Source: the human T2T-CHM13v2.0 reference genome, Homo sapiens. From it: DNA of 64,000 nt. A program made the position numbers and the translations under genes. The notes below the pieces were generated by a model. It made no database searches and had not been told where the DNA came from. It saw only the letters and a program-made list of their open reading frames with translations. Shown in pieces: positions 27,331 to 41,510 of the stretch (within the stretch, counting starts at the first letter, position 1; every line of letters starts with the position of its first letter). The stretch lies in NCBI RefSeq assembly GCF_009914755.1, contig NC_060931.1. One strand, given 5' to 3'.

Positions 27331-29037
27331 CAGCAGGGCCAACTACCCAGGCATGGGGCCTGTGCAGCCCCTGGGCCTGTGGTCAGAAGGGCCCGAGCAT
27401 GGTTTAATGTTACGCGCAGTAGCCGTCTTGAAATTCTTAGTAATTTTTCAACAAGGGCTCCCCATTTTCTTTTTACACTGGGCCTCACAAACTATGGAGC
27501 TGGTCCTGAGTACACCTGTATTTCCCACAAAAGTACTCCCACTTCCAACCTTCTCTGCTTCACCCTTGCCAACGACAAAAGCTAAAAGCTGCTAACAGAC
27601 ATTGTCATGGGTACACTGGGTGATTGCACACATCCTGCCTTCACTGCCCAGGTACAGGTCCCCTACCTCACCCAGGCCCTGCCTCAGGCTTACACTTTGG
27701 TCCCCTTGCCCCAGTCGCTCAGACACTTCTCCCAGGCACCAGGGACCCAGCCTAGCAGGCAGCAGGCCCCTAACCAGGCCAGATCTGGCAGAACACGGGC
27801 CAGACATCAACCCCACGACGATGCTCTCTTGCTGCCACTGGGGCCTGCGCACACTGTGCTAACACAGTCGCCATCCACCGGCCTGCTGTCCTGAGGGCTA
27901 ATTGGGCTTGTTTAGACCGAACACAGCAGAAGTCCCTCTACACATATATAAATCACAATTACTAACTGCAAGAATCCAGCCGCTCTCTTCTCCCCTCGTG
28001 GCTGCTACAGAGGAATTCCCAGGCCAGCCAGGACTAGCACAAAAGCCCCAGACTGGGCTGCAGCAATATCCGCTCGCTCGGCTCAGTTTATTATTTAAAC
28101 AGTTCCTTAACGATTCTTCCCGGAGGTGAGTGAGGCCAAACTGTTTTCCTTCCCTCCACAAAGCAGATATGCATGGCTTATTTGAATGTCTTCAACGTTT
28201 ACTTTAGTCCCCAGTTAAATACCTTCTACCGCAGAGTCAAACAAACAGTTCACTTCATTAGAAAGGCAAACAATTTAGCAAGAGAATACCACCAGCACTT
28301 GAGGGGAACCAAGCTGGGCCTCGAAACCCTCTGCCTGGGAAGCAGGGCCAGTGGCGGCCCAGGCAACAGTGCGTGGAGCTCACTTCAAAAGCCTTTGCAC
28401 AAATACTTCACACATTCACTGGTAATTAACAGATAACCCCGAAGAGATTATCTGCCCTGCGGCCAAGGACCCTGGAGGATTATCCACACCACCCGTGCAG
28501 GAGAAGGCAGAGTCCAAGAGCACACCTTTTTCTCTGCAAATGCAAGTGGATAAAGTCATCTGAGAAAACACCAAAGCGAGCAGCTACACCTCCCCTACCC
28601 CGGTGAAAATAATAACGAAGCAACACCTCATTAAGATAATTATTAATTTAAGCAACAGCCGGAAGTTGTGCCTGAGAAAAACACACAGGCTGGAGCAGCA
28701 AGAGGACACAGGGATGGAAAGTTCAAGACAAGAACCAGGGCAGGAGCGCAAAGCCCGTGGTGTGCTGTCAGGATTCCAGCTCAGAAGTGGAGACAACGCT
28801 GTTCCCAACAAAGACTTGGGGCACACTGAAAACACTGTGGGGGCTGACCATGAGCAGGTTAAAGTCTGGGCACTTCTTTGCGAGAGACCCTGAGGCAGGG
28901 TCAGCTGCCCATTGAGGTTTGAAGCCATCTGTCGCACAGCAGGCAAGCCCCGACTCTCAGTCCAGTGGGCACCGCACTGCCCCGGCTTTTATCTCAGAAC
29001 CACAGGAGGAACGCACCAGAGTCAGCTCTTCAGTTGA

Positions 29038-29449
<412 letters not shown>

Positions 29450-29460
29450 TAAAAACAGAA

Positions 29461-29843
<383 letters not shown>

Positions 29844-30591
29844 CTATTATACTTAAATTTGGGTTTTCACACATGCTGTGGTTGTTCTGGACAGGGTCAG
29901 ATTAAGCAATTTCAGTGCTTATGGCTCTTAAGAATTTGGTAAACCTCAAATGCCAACTGTAATAAATCATACAAGTCTCTATTATAACTATAAATCACTA
30001 TAAATCACTCATGAAATTTAATACTGTCATGAAGAGTAATTAAATGCTAATGTAACAAATTTACAAAAGGAAAAACAAACACATTAATGGGGAATCTTAA
30101 GAGCTAGAGAACACTCCTGTATGGGAGCTTTCAGAAAAATCTTTGTCCCCAAAGAATAAACACTGTTTCTTTATCCAAAGCCAGAGGTCCTCAGGAAGTG
30201 AAAATCAGGAAAGGGCCACACTCCCCAAATAAACTCAGGACTGAGTGCTAAAGTCCAACTCCCTTCTTCAATGCAGAAAAAAGATACCAAAAATTGACTT
30301 TCATTCTGCATTATCCTACTAAGGAAACAGAGAGGAAGGGCGCAAAAGTCAAGCAGGAGATGAGGAGAGGCCAGTGCCCAAGAAGGGTCTTGGGGTTTAA
30401 AGGAAGTTTCAGGAAGGAGTCACAGTATTTCCCTCAAGGTCACTATCTCCCTTGCACTGCCCGCCCTTCAAATCATTGCTGGGTTGATACTCAGCTGTTC
30501 TTAGCTCTTCAACGATGCTGACTCTTAAAGTTTAGACAGGACAATTAGAACCACGAATTCTGTTCTGTGCTGCTTCAGTCCTAACACCTCA

Positions 30592-31635
<1,044 letters not shown>

Positions 31636-31699
31636 AGCGTGCAAGAAGATGAGGCCAGGCCTGTTCAGGGCTCCTACACCATGCAAGAGAGCACGGAAG

Positions 31700-32220
31700 G
31701 CTCAGCAGGAGACTGGAATGATCAAACACATCTTTTGGAAGTATTACTTTGGTGGTAACATGGAGAATGGGTTGGAGTGGAATGAAATGAAGGTGGAGAA
31801 CAAGAGATGTAAAGACTCAAAAAACCAAGGCAGGGCAGTGGAAGGGAAATGAATGGGATGGAGGAGGGGCTCTGGGAGAAGCAGAAGTAAAGGACACAGG
31901 AGATGGGTGAGAAGAGAAAGATGGAAGGTGGGCTGACTCTAAGGTTCTGGCCCAGGTGAGTGTTAATGATGGTCCTGGGACCAAGGCAGCAACAGAGAAG
32001 GAAGCAGGAGAGGACACAAGAGGAGGGAGGAGAAAGCATGGATTCAGCCTGAGACAGGTGGGGTTTGAGGTGACCACCACAGCCAGGCTCCTGGTAGATG
32101 TCTGGAGGGAGGTGGATCTGGGATTTGAGAGCCACGTCTAGCCTGGAGATGGAGGCGGGAGAGGCGATCACAGGAGTGGATGGTGACATCAGAGTTAGTG
32201 ATATCTCCAGGGAAGGTAGA
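31700..32220 (-). mobile_element. L2 LINE fragment
   Basis: tgactctaaggttctggcc, ggattcagcctgagacagg...tttgaggtg, gatctgggatttgagag resemble L2 3' region. Confidence 0.6.
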
Positions 32221-34239
32221 GGAAGAGGAAACCTGGAGGGAGGCTGGCAGTTAAGGGATGAGGGGAGGAAGCAGAGTTGTGCAAGGAGGAAATAGGAGAG
32301 ACACAGGACAACCACCAGTCAGGGGCCTCCAAGGGGCCAGAGGGAGGAGGCAGTTTCAGGCAAGATGCACAGCTTCCGGAGCCAGGGTGTGTGCACTGCA
32401 GGGAGCTGACGGGTGGAGAAGCCAGGGTGAACACTGTGGTGCACTCCGGGATGTTCGGCTGCAAATAGAGAAGACAGGGCAGCAGCTAGAGAAGACCCAA
32501 GGCCAGAAGTGCTGTGTGGATGTTTTGACTCTGTTTGTTTATGGGTGGAAGGCACTGGAGCCACCGAAGTGGAGGAAGAATGAAGTGAGAAAGGAGAGTA
32601 CCGATGGAGTCAGGGTCCCTAGAATCCAGAATAGGACGCAGGTTAGCTCAAACTCGCTTCCCCAGAAATAAAGGAGAGGGATGGGAGAGTACAGGAACGG
32701 GCTGGCTTTAAAGAGTGTCCAGTGTCAAGTAAAGCACCTGATCTGGTCCCACCCCTAAACAGCAGGCTCACGGGAGAAACTTCAAACTTGGTAGCATTGC
32801 TGAGTCAGAGGTCATGGTTTAAAAGGGGAGCAGGGTACAGGGCATTCCTCTTGGGAGTTTCAGCCTGAAGGACGCATTCAAAGCGGTCACACCTTTGCTG
32901 CCCACTGGCAAGGAGAACTGCTAAGATCCTCCAAGAGCGGGTGTTCAGGGTCCCTTCAGACTCCTGACCCTCCACTTTGCCTGGAGCAGCCACATCCCTC
33001 TCTGCCTGGAGAGGGGGAAGGAAGAGATTCCAGAAGCCAGGTCAGAGCATGGAGAGTAAGCAGCAAGGGCCCAGAGAACTCTGCCATGGAAATCAGCCAT
33101 GAAACCAGACTCCAGCCACAGAGCTCCAAGGGCCTGGTGCCATCAAAGATAGGTTATCTCAAAAGACTGTTGCCTAAAAGTTGGATGTGATTGTGAGGGT
33201 TGGGGAAACACTTGGAGGCTGTGCTGCAGTGGCCAGGCCAAGCCAGGTTTTACAAGTTCACAGCAGCTGCGGTTGCTCTGCGGCCAGCCTAAGGGATGTT
33301 TAATAAAAAGCTGTGCTCAATTTCACCCCCTTCACATCCCTGAATTCAGCCTCTTTATTTATAGCCCCAGACTAGGCATGCAGTGGGAAATCAGAGAGGC
33401 CAGGAAAAGGAGAGGGAAAGGAGACAGACAGAGATAGAAGGAGTTAACAGGCAACAGCTTTTAAAGGGTAAAGCGTTTCAGAAACAGAGAATTCACTGGC
33501 ACTCCCTGCTGCTTTTATTGCTTTCGTTCAACAGCTGGAGAAAATGTTTGATCAAAATATTTGTATTATTGTGTTTAAGTGAAATGACATATGACAGCTC
33601 ATTATCCCAAACTCAGAATTCCCACAGCATCTGTCACAGCCACCCTATTAGAGACAGTCGCTCCCCCTGGAAGATGGAGGGGCAGGGGGCGGGAGATGTG
33701 AGACAGGAAGCAGCAGGCATCAGACCCCAGACGGTCTCAGCCTCACAGGCCCTGGCCCAGGCTCTGGTTAAGCACGAGGGGAGATGCTGGAGGGAGACGC
33801 AGGTGATGCCTGGGGCCTACCCCGGGAGCCCCCCTTCCCCTGGACACCAGCAGCCTGCCAGGAGCACGGGACCCAGCAGGGGCTCTCGTGTCCATGGAAA
33901 TGGCCAGGATCCCCTCTCTTAGACATTACTTGGCAAACAGCATTTACTGATCTAAAATTTAACAAAATGTCTCTCTCAAGCCTTTGTCCTTTGAAAGAAG
34001 AAAAAATAACTTTTTAAAAATTATCATGCCATTTTCTCTGTCCTGAAGTGAGTAAACGTGTAATTCTGCAGAACTTGGCTTTATGAGCCTACGTTCCTCT
34101 CCATGACAACCTTCAAGGGCCTCAGTTCTGCTCAGGCCATGTCCTTCTACGACACCCCTAGTGGACAGATGTCAGGGTATATGTTCTATACCAGACATAC
34201 CAGGGAGGGAAAATCATCTACCAGCTGCTTCCTGTGTGC

Positions 34240-34430
34240 CTAGCCCATTTCTGAGAACTTACTGGCCTTATTCAAATCCCATGACAATCCCAGGAGGCAT
34301 ATGATATTATCTCCTCTTTGCGGATCAGATTATGCTCAGAGAGGTTAAGCAATAAGCCCAATGACTCACAGTTGAAAAGTGGAAGAGTGAGGACCTAAAG
34401 CCACAGCCTTGACTCCCTAAAGCAGATTTA
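34240..34430 (-). mobile_element. MIR SINE
   Basis: gctcagagaggttaagcaataagcccaatgactcacag core. Confidence 0.6.
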
Positions 34431-35850
34431 TTTTCCACAGCCTGCAGGTATGACCACAGAGAGAAACGACACGTGAAGAAGAGTGCTCAGTGGCTGTGGG
34501 AAGGCAGGAATCAATGTGGATGTACTTGCACATGCCCTCCTCATCACACGCTGAACAAATTCTCATTATTAGACCATAGAAAAGTTTGTTTTTATCCCCA
34601 TCTCTCTGTCTCTGTGTAATGTACTAAAAACTGACCCACGCTAACGGAAAAAGATGCTCTACATTTTAGCCCCATGTCAGCCATTTCCAAAAAAAAACCT
34701 CAGGGGCCTTCCCTCTTGAAGTTTTTGAGTCCCAGTTTCCTCACCTATAGGATCAGGGAGGTGATGTGTTTCTGTTTCATGGGGCTCCTATTCGATGTAC
34801 AGCAGAGGGCTCTGAGGCAGTTCCCCAGAATAACCTTGTACACATGACTCCATATCTCTGAACATCCATTTTCTCAGGTGTAAAACCTACCATATAAACC
34901 TACTGGTCATTTTAGGAATCCAAACCAAAATAAGATCGTGTTTATAAATATGCTTTACAAGCTGGAAAGTGCTGTGTCAATTTAGGCTATCTTCCACCCT
35001 ATCATTTGGGACTACCACAATGCCTCATTTCTAGCAATGCTTTTCACCCCAATTACAAATGTCCCTTATTCCCCATTGGGTCAGATTTTTCAGCTACCCC
35101 AAGAGAAAACGGAAATAAAATGGGCCCAGTATAGAACTCTCTTTATCCTGCTTGGCTACAGAGAGGATAGGTCGCAAATATCACAACCCAATTCCTATTT
35201 ATTCTCTCAGAGTGTTTTGAGGCTGAAATACATAAGCTTGCGTGGGTAGAAGAGGGGACCCTTGTGGGTGATCCTAACAGTGGGGCATCCAAAAGGAAGA
35301 GCTGTCGCCATTCATCCAGGGATACATCTGCCCTGAGAGTGGCTCTATCCCCTGCCTGCTCCCCCGTGCCAAGGAGAGGGTGGTGATATCAAGGAGTACA
35401 ATTTACCAAGGCTGAGTGAGTTCTGCCCACGGACTTCATGCTCCGCCCTCTTCCCCACTATCCACATAGGGATCCCTGGACATGCCATTTTCAGAGCAAC
35501 CAGTTGCTACATTGATAGTAACTTGACATGTTTGATCAGCTTAAGGCCAAAACTTCGGGTTAGGAAATACATATGCAAGCCAAGGTTTCACATTCTCCCA
35601 ATAATGCTCACTTTGAGTGATTACTTCCTTTGAATTCGACACCATCTCCCATACACATTGTTTTTATAACTGAAAAGCAATCCACCAACCAACCAATGAC
35701 TCATTCAATCAATACATGAAATAATTGAAATAGAGCATACTTAACAGGCTTTTTTCGTTAACAGTAAACATATTTGTAATTTACTAGATTTGTTTTTTTC
35801 TGTAACTTCAAATTTTTGTGCAATGAACATATTATATTTATTTAATTATT

Positions 35851-36154
<304 letters not shown>

Positions 36155-36603
36155 TGATATTTTAAATATAAGACAAAACACACTTTCAAAACAGTCTGAC
36201 ATTCTAGAAGTCTCTGTGACAGCATGCACATGCCAAAGTATTTTCTCTCCATGAGGATCACGGGCACGTTAGTGCCAATCCACTCTCTTTCTCTGTAACC
36301 AGCATCAACATGTCTTTGTAATGAAGAGCTGCTCATTGGATAATGTGTTTATAAAGTCTGTGTCATCCTCTTCAAGTCTAAACACAGGCAGCTTTCTCAT
36401 AGCAAGTGGGTAGTTAACATGCCAAGTCAATCAATACCAGTGTCTCCCACTCCCAACCCCAGTATTTTCTCACGGAGCTGAAAATAAAGACTTGGGAGCT
36501 GCCCGGTGCAGCCAAAGCACAGATAAAGGGACTGTGACTGTGAAAGTCCAGCAGCATGTGGCCACCTTCTATGCTGTGGAAGGAGGAAGCCACAGCTGCC
36601 TGG

Positions 36604-37349
36604 TGCAGTGGGTTGAACTGTGTCCCTTTAAAAGATATGTTGAAACCCTCACATCTGGTATATGTAAATGTGACCATATTTGGAAATAGGGCTTTGCAGA
36701 AGCAATCAGGTTAGATGAGGTCATTAGGATGGGCCCTAAATCAATACTCCTAGTGTCTTTATAAGAGGGGATCTGTGGCTGGGCGTGGTGGCTCACACCA
36801 GTAATCCCAGCACTTTGGGAGGCCAAACTAGGCAGATCGATTGAGCTCAGGAGTTTGAGACTAACCTCTGCAACATGGTAAAACCCCATCTCTACAAACA
36901 TAAAAAAAAAAAAAAATAGCCAGGTGTGGTGGTGCACGCCTGTAGTCCCACCTACTTGGGAGGCTGAGGTGGCAGGATCACTTGAAGCCAGGGGGCGAAG
37001 GTTTCAGTGAGCTGAGATTGCACCACTGCACTCCAGCGTGGGTGACAGAGCAAGACTCTTTCCAAGAAAAAGAAGAGGGGGTGGGGGTTTGTACACAGAC
37101 ACACCACAGGAAGACAGCCATGGAAGAGAGGCAGAGAGTGATGCTGCCATGAGACAAGAATTGCCTGGGGCTTCCAGAAGCTGGAAGAGGCAAGGAAGGA
37201 TCCTCCCTTAAGATTTCAGAGGGAGGATGGCCCTACCAATACCTTGATTTTGGACTTTCAGCTTCCAGAACTGACAGATAATAAATTTCTGTTGTTTTGA
37301 GCCCCCAGTCTGTGGTACCTTGTTCTGGCAGTGCTAGCAAACATACACA
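36604..37349 (+). mobile_element. MLT1C-like ERVL-MaLR solo LTR interrupted by an Alu
   Basis: TG...CA ends, aaagatatgttgaa, ccagaagctggaagaggcaagga, aataaatttctgttg; perfect 5-bp TSD CCTGG at 36599-36603 and 37350-37354. Confidence 0.88.
36777..37072 (+). mobile_element. AluJ nested in MLT1C
   Basis: Full dimeric Alu; AAGAGGGG repeated at 36763-36770 and 37073-37080. Confidence 0.9.
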
Positions 37350-37641
37350 CCTGGGTTTCCTTACAATTTTGTTTTGGGAAGGCCGCCCTATACCAGTGAC
37401 TTTTGAAGAGGCTACATTCTCTTCTCCTGTGAGTAGGAGTAGCAGTAAATATTGACAAGAAACAAAGAACCTAACAACCCTCAGAAGAGCTGAGAAGAGG
37501 AAAGCATGTGCAGTATGCCCATCGTCATTTTCTGGCTGTGAAGCATCTATTCCTTCTTCCCACAGAACTCTGATTTCCTTTGCAGAATTAACTTCTCTCC
37601 TACTGTATTTAGGCATTCTGGGGTGATAAATAAAAAATCCA

Positions 37642-37929
37642 GGACTGGCGTGGTGGCTCCCGCCTGTAATCCCAGCACTTTGGGAGGCTGAGGTGGGAGA
37701 ACTGCTTGAGTCCAAGAGTTCGAGACCACCCTGGACAACACGTCAAGACCTGGTCTCTACAATTTTTTTTTTCTTTAAATTAGCCAGGTATGGTGGCATA
37801 CACCTCTGGTTCCAGCTACTCATGAGGCTGAGGCAGTAGGATTGCTTGAGCCCGGGAGGTGGAGGCTGCAGTGAGCCATGTTGGCACCACTGCAGTCCAG
37901 CTTGGGCGACAAAGCAAGACTCTGTCTCA
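37642..37929 (+). mobile_element. AluJ whose tail was targeted by a later L1
   Basis: Dimeric Alu; its TSD TAAAAAATCCA is at 37631-37641 and reappears only after the L1 at 38595-38605. Confidence 0.9.
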
Positions 37930-37937
37930 ATTTTTTT

Positions 37938-38587
37938 TTTTAAATGTATAATTGCTTTAATATGCTGCTGAATTTCGTTTGCTAGTATCTTTTTATTTAT
38001 TTATTTATTTATTTATTTATTTTATTATTATTATACTTTAAGTTTTAGGGTACATGTGCACATTGTGCAGGTTAGTTACATACATATACATGTACCATGC
38101 TGGTGTGCTGCACCCACTAACTCGTCATCTAGCATTAGGTATATCTCCCAATGCTATCCCTCCCCCATCCCCCCACCCCACAACAGTCCCCAGAGTGTGA
38201 TGTTCCCCTTCCTGTGTCCATGTGATCTCATTGTTCAATTCCCACCTATGAGTGAGAATATGCGGTGTTTGGTTTTTTGTTCTTGCAATAGTTTACTGAG
38301 AATGATGGTTTCCAATTTCATCCATGTCCCTACAAAGGACATGAACTCATCATTTTTTATGGCTGCATAGTATACCATGGTGTATATGTGCCACATTTTC
38401 TTAATCCAGTCTATCATTGTTGGACATTTGGGTTGGTTCCAAGTCTTTGCTATTGTGAATAATGCCGCTATAAACATACGTGTGCATGTGTCTTTATAGC
38501 AGCATGATTTATAGTCCTTTGGGTATATACCCAGTAATGGGATGGCTGGGTCAAATGGTATTTCTAGTTCTAGATCCCTGAGGAATC
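37938..38587 (-). mobile_element. Young L1PA (L1PA2-like, non-Ta) 5'-truncated insertion with 3' transduction
   Basis: Near-consensus L1PA 3' UTR and ORF2 C-terminus (MFIAALFTIAKTWNQPKCP...SLIGGN, 38235-38477); GAG rather than ACA at the Ta-diagnostic site; TSD ATTTTTTT at 37930-37937 and 38588-38595 on a TTTT/AA endonuclease site. Confidence 0.93.
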
Positions 38588-39324
38588 ATTTTTTTAAAAA
38601 ATCCATGAGCCTCACTGCCCAAGACAGCCAGGGTACCTGGCTCTGATAGCAGACGGCCTCTGCTGAAAGCCTGAGTCCTGAGCCTGAGTTGGGGGAAGGA
38701 GAAGCAGTCAGAGCTCATTCCCCCAGGGAGACTCTCACGCCTGCTTCCTATGCCTCTACAGCACCTGCTTCTCGAGATTTTCTGACAATTTTAAGACAAT
38801 TCTATGTCATCCCAGCAATTCCTGTTGGTGCAAGGGTTGGAATCAGTTTCTGTTGCATGTAACCCAATAGCCCTGGCTGATGCAGGAGGAAAACCTCAAC
38901 AGCCCAGCCACCGAGCAGCTGTACAGGCTGGGTGTGCACTTAACTTCTTGGGCTTCAGTGCCTCACCAGGCAAGTTACACCAAATCTCTTCCCATGCCTA
39001 GGATTAGAACATTTATGATTCTAAATGTTTCTGCTATAAGACGTAAATTATCTAAGGCTCAGACATGGTGAGCTGAACTGCAGGTGAACAGCAATCCTGC
39101 TCCGGCTTGTCCCTAAGTCAAGCAGGGTCATTTGAAACTTTTGTCTTTAACAACCCCCTGAATACAAGGATATGGGAGTGCCATCTCAGTTCGCCGGTCA
39201 CACTGGCGCAGAAATGCCTAATTGTGGCATATTATAACATACAGCAAACTCAAAGCTTAAGACGCTTTGAACTCCATTCTGCAGATAGATGCTGAGTTAA
39301 TCACAATTGACCTTCCATGTAGCA

Positions 39325-39720
39325 GGTGAAAATAGTGAACATGTACTAACTCACACTTTTGGAGGGTAGAGAATCCGGAAGCGGCTTAGCTGAGTGGCTC
39401 CGGCTGAGGGTCTCTCAGGAGGCTGCAGTCACCTCAAGGCCTGACTGGGGGAGAGTTATGTTTCCAGACTTGGCTCCTCCCCATACAGCCTCTCCACCAG
39501 CTGAGTGTCCTCATGGCATGGCCACTGTCCACCCCAGAGTGAGGGATTCAAGAGGGAGGGCAAGAGAGCCACCTGAGTCACAGTCCTTTTGTAATCTAAT
39601 TTTAGAAGTGCCATCCCATCACTTCACTGGAAGTAAGTCATTAAGGAAAGAGGAAGGAAGTCCCACCTCCTGAGGGCAGGAGTATCAAAAACTTGTACAC
39701 ATGTCCTTAAACCCCCCACA
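39325..39720 (-). mobile_element. MLT1G/H-like LTR
   Basis: gcggcttagctgagtggctccggctgagggtctctcaggaggctgcagtca; gagtgtcctcatggcatggc; ccatcacttc; ends ...aaccccccaca. Confidence 0.75.
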
Positions 39721-39934
39721 GTGCCATAAATAGCTGAACTTTTTATCCAATCTCCGATTTATACAGTGACATGATTCAAAGATCAAATGTATCTTATTAA
39801 AAAAAAAAGCAGGACTAGGAGGCAAAAGACTGTGGCTTTGATTCAAGTTCTGAAAGCAGCTCACTATGTAATTGGGGAACCAAGATAACTGATTCTCCAA
39901 GATACTTAGGGAACCTCTCTGCAACTATTTCTTC

Positions 39935-40130
39935 AGCTATTACACTTTGGCCAAGTGCTATGCTTAACACACATGACCTCACCCAGTCCTTTTCACATTC
40001 CAGTGACGTAGATATCTGAATCCTCATTTCTCAGCTGCGAACACTGAGGCATAAAGACACTAAATCACCTATCCAAGAGCACCCAAGATAACCCAAGATA
40101 AGGAGTCAGGATGGGGCCCTAAATCTGTCT
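39935..40130 (-). mobile_element. MIR SINE
   Basis: atcctcatttctcagctgcgaacactgaggcataaagacactaaatcacctatccaag core. Confidence 0.55.
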
Positions 40131-40989
40131 CTCAAGCTTCAGATGTAGATTGGCATGTGAAGAGACTCAGAAAAGAGGAAAAGGTAGAAATAAAAGTGCT
40201 ACAATCTGATAATGCATTACCATGAACCATAAATAATAACAGAGTTAATAAAAGAAGTGAGAACAATAGTAATGATGGTGCTGATGATGATGTTAGGCAT
40301 GTGGGTGTCACGTGAGGGGCCAGCTGACTTTCTAGTATTCACTGTGCATCTCTTTCCTTGACTGTTCACTGTATCTCTGAGGACGATGTGCTTTGTTTGG
40401 TGCCCTGTACAAGTATATGAGCATACTTACGGTCTCCACTTGAAGAAGATGAAAGCATTGAAAAATAAAATGGTGCCAGACAGTTAGGCCAGTAGTTAGG
40501 AATCTATCATCTTCAGTAAAATCCTGAACTTCACTTCTCCAAAAGTCAACATTAGTCTAAATTAAAGATGTTGTCAGAAAAGAAGATAATGCATCACGTA
40601 AAACCTACCTAGACATACTGCGTACCCAACATCCTTCAGTACCCAGTTCAGTCTCCTGTGAAGACGCCCTGACATCTGCACCCTCCAGCCTTGTTCACAC
40701 ATCCGCTCTAGCATTTCCCACTTCCCATCTCTACAGTGGGTAAACAGGCAGGGCGGGAAAAATGTCTTACTAATCTTTGAATCCCATAAACACAGCAAGG
40801 AATCTGGCATAAAGTAGGCATTTCCAAATATTTACTGAATCAATGAACCACTCCTGAGATTACTATGTGTAATGGGTGTGAGATTATGAAATCATCATTT
40901 AATAAACACACATTTCTGAGATTCAAACTCTTGGCTTAAAAAAGGTTTAAAGATGGATTGATTCAGGGAAACATTTAAAGTTACAACAT

Positions 40990-41339
40990 TGCTATAGACT
41001 GAATATATTCTTCTAAAATTCACATATTGAACTCTAATCCCCAATGTAATGGTATTTGGCAGTATGGCAACTGGGAGGTGTTCATAAGGGTGGAGCCCTT
41101 ATGAATGGGGTTCCTTTTAAAGAGGCCCCAGAGAACCTATTGGCCGTTCCACCACGTGAGGACACAGTGAGAAGAAGGCCATCTATGAACCAGAAGACAG
41201 GTCCTCATCAGACAACAAATCTGCTGGCACCTTGATCTGAGACTTCTCAGTCTCCAGAACTGTGAGAAATAAATTTCTACTGTTTATAGGCCACTCCATT
41301 TATGGTATTTTGTTACAGCAGCCTGAACAGATTAAGACT
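40990..41339 (+). mobile_element. MLT1A-like solo LTR
   Basis: tgctatagactgaat...aaaattcacatattgaa...gtgaggacacagtgagaagaaggccatctatgaaccag...ctccagaactgtgagaaataaatttct...taagac. Confidence 0.88.
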
Positions 41340-41344
41340 GTGAT

Positions 41345-41510
41345 ACTGCCAGGAACTTTGATAATTATTATCTGAATTTATCCAAAGAAACACTGTGAAA
41401 TTGCCTTCATTTTACAGGTGAGGAAACTGGGGTTCAAACAGAATAAATAATCTGCCCTGGGTCCTTCATGGCCAGTCCTGAAGCCGTGTGTTTCTAACTC
41501 CTGGTCTGAC
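41345..41510 (-). mobile_element. MIR SINE
   Basis: cattttacaggtgaggaaactggggttcaaacag core. Confidence 0.65.

Noticed and set aside
31722-32315. 197-aa Ser/Pro/Leu-rich ORF
   Set aside because: Arises from pyrimidine-rich degenerate L2 sequence; no splice or protein-family support
34148-34170. CTCF-like motif CACCCCTAGTGG (similar partial matches near 14450, 17568 and 61576)
   Set aside because: Several mismatches in the core; cannot be supported without PWM scoring or ChIP data
38235-38477. 80-aa ORF MFIAALFTIAKTWNQPK...
   Set aside because: C-terminus of L1 ORF2 in a 5'-truncated copy; not an independent gene
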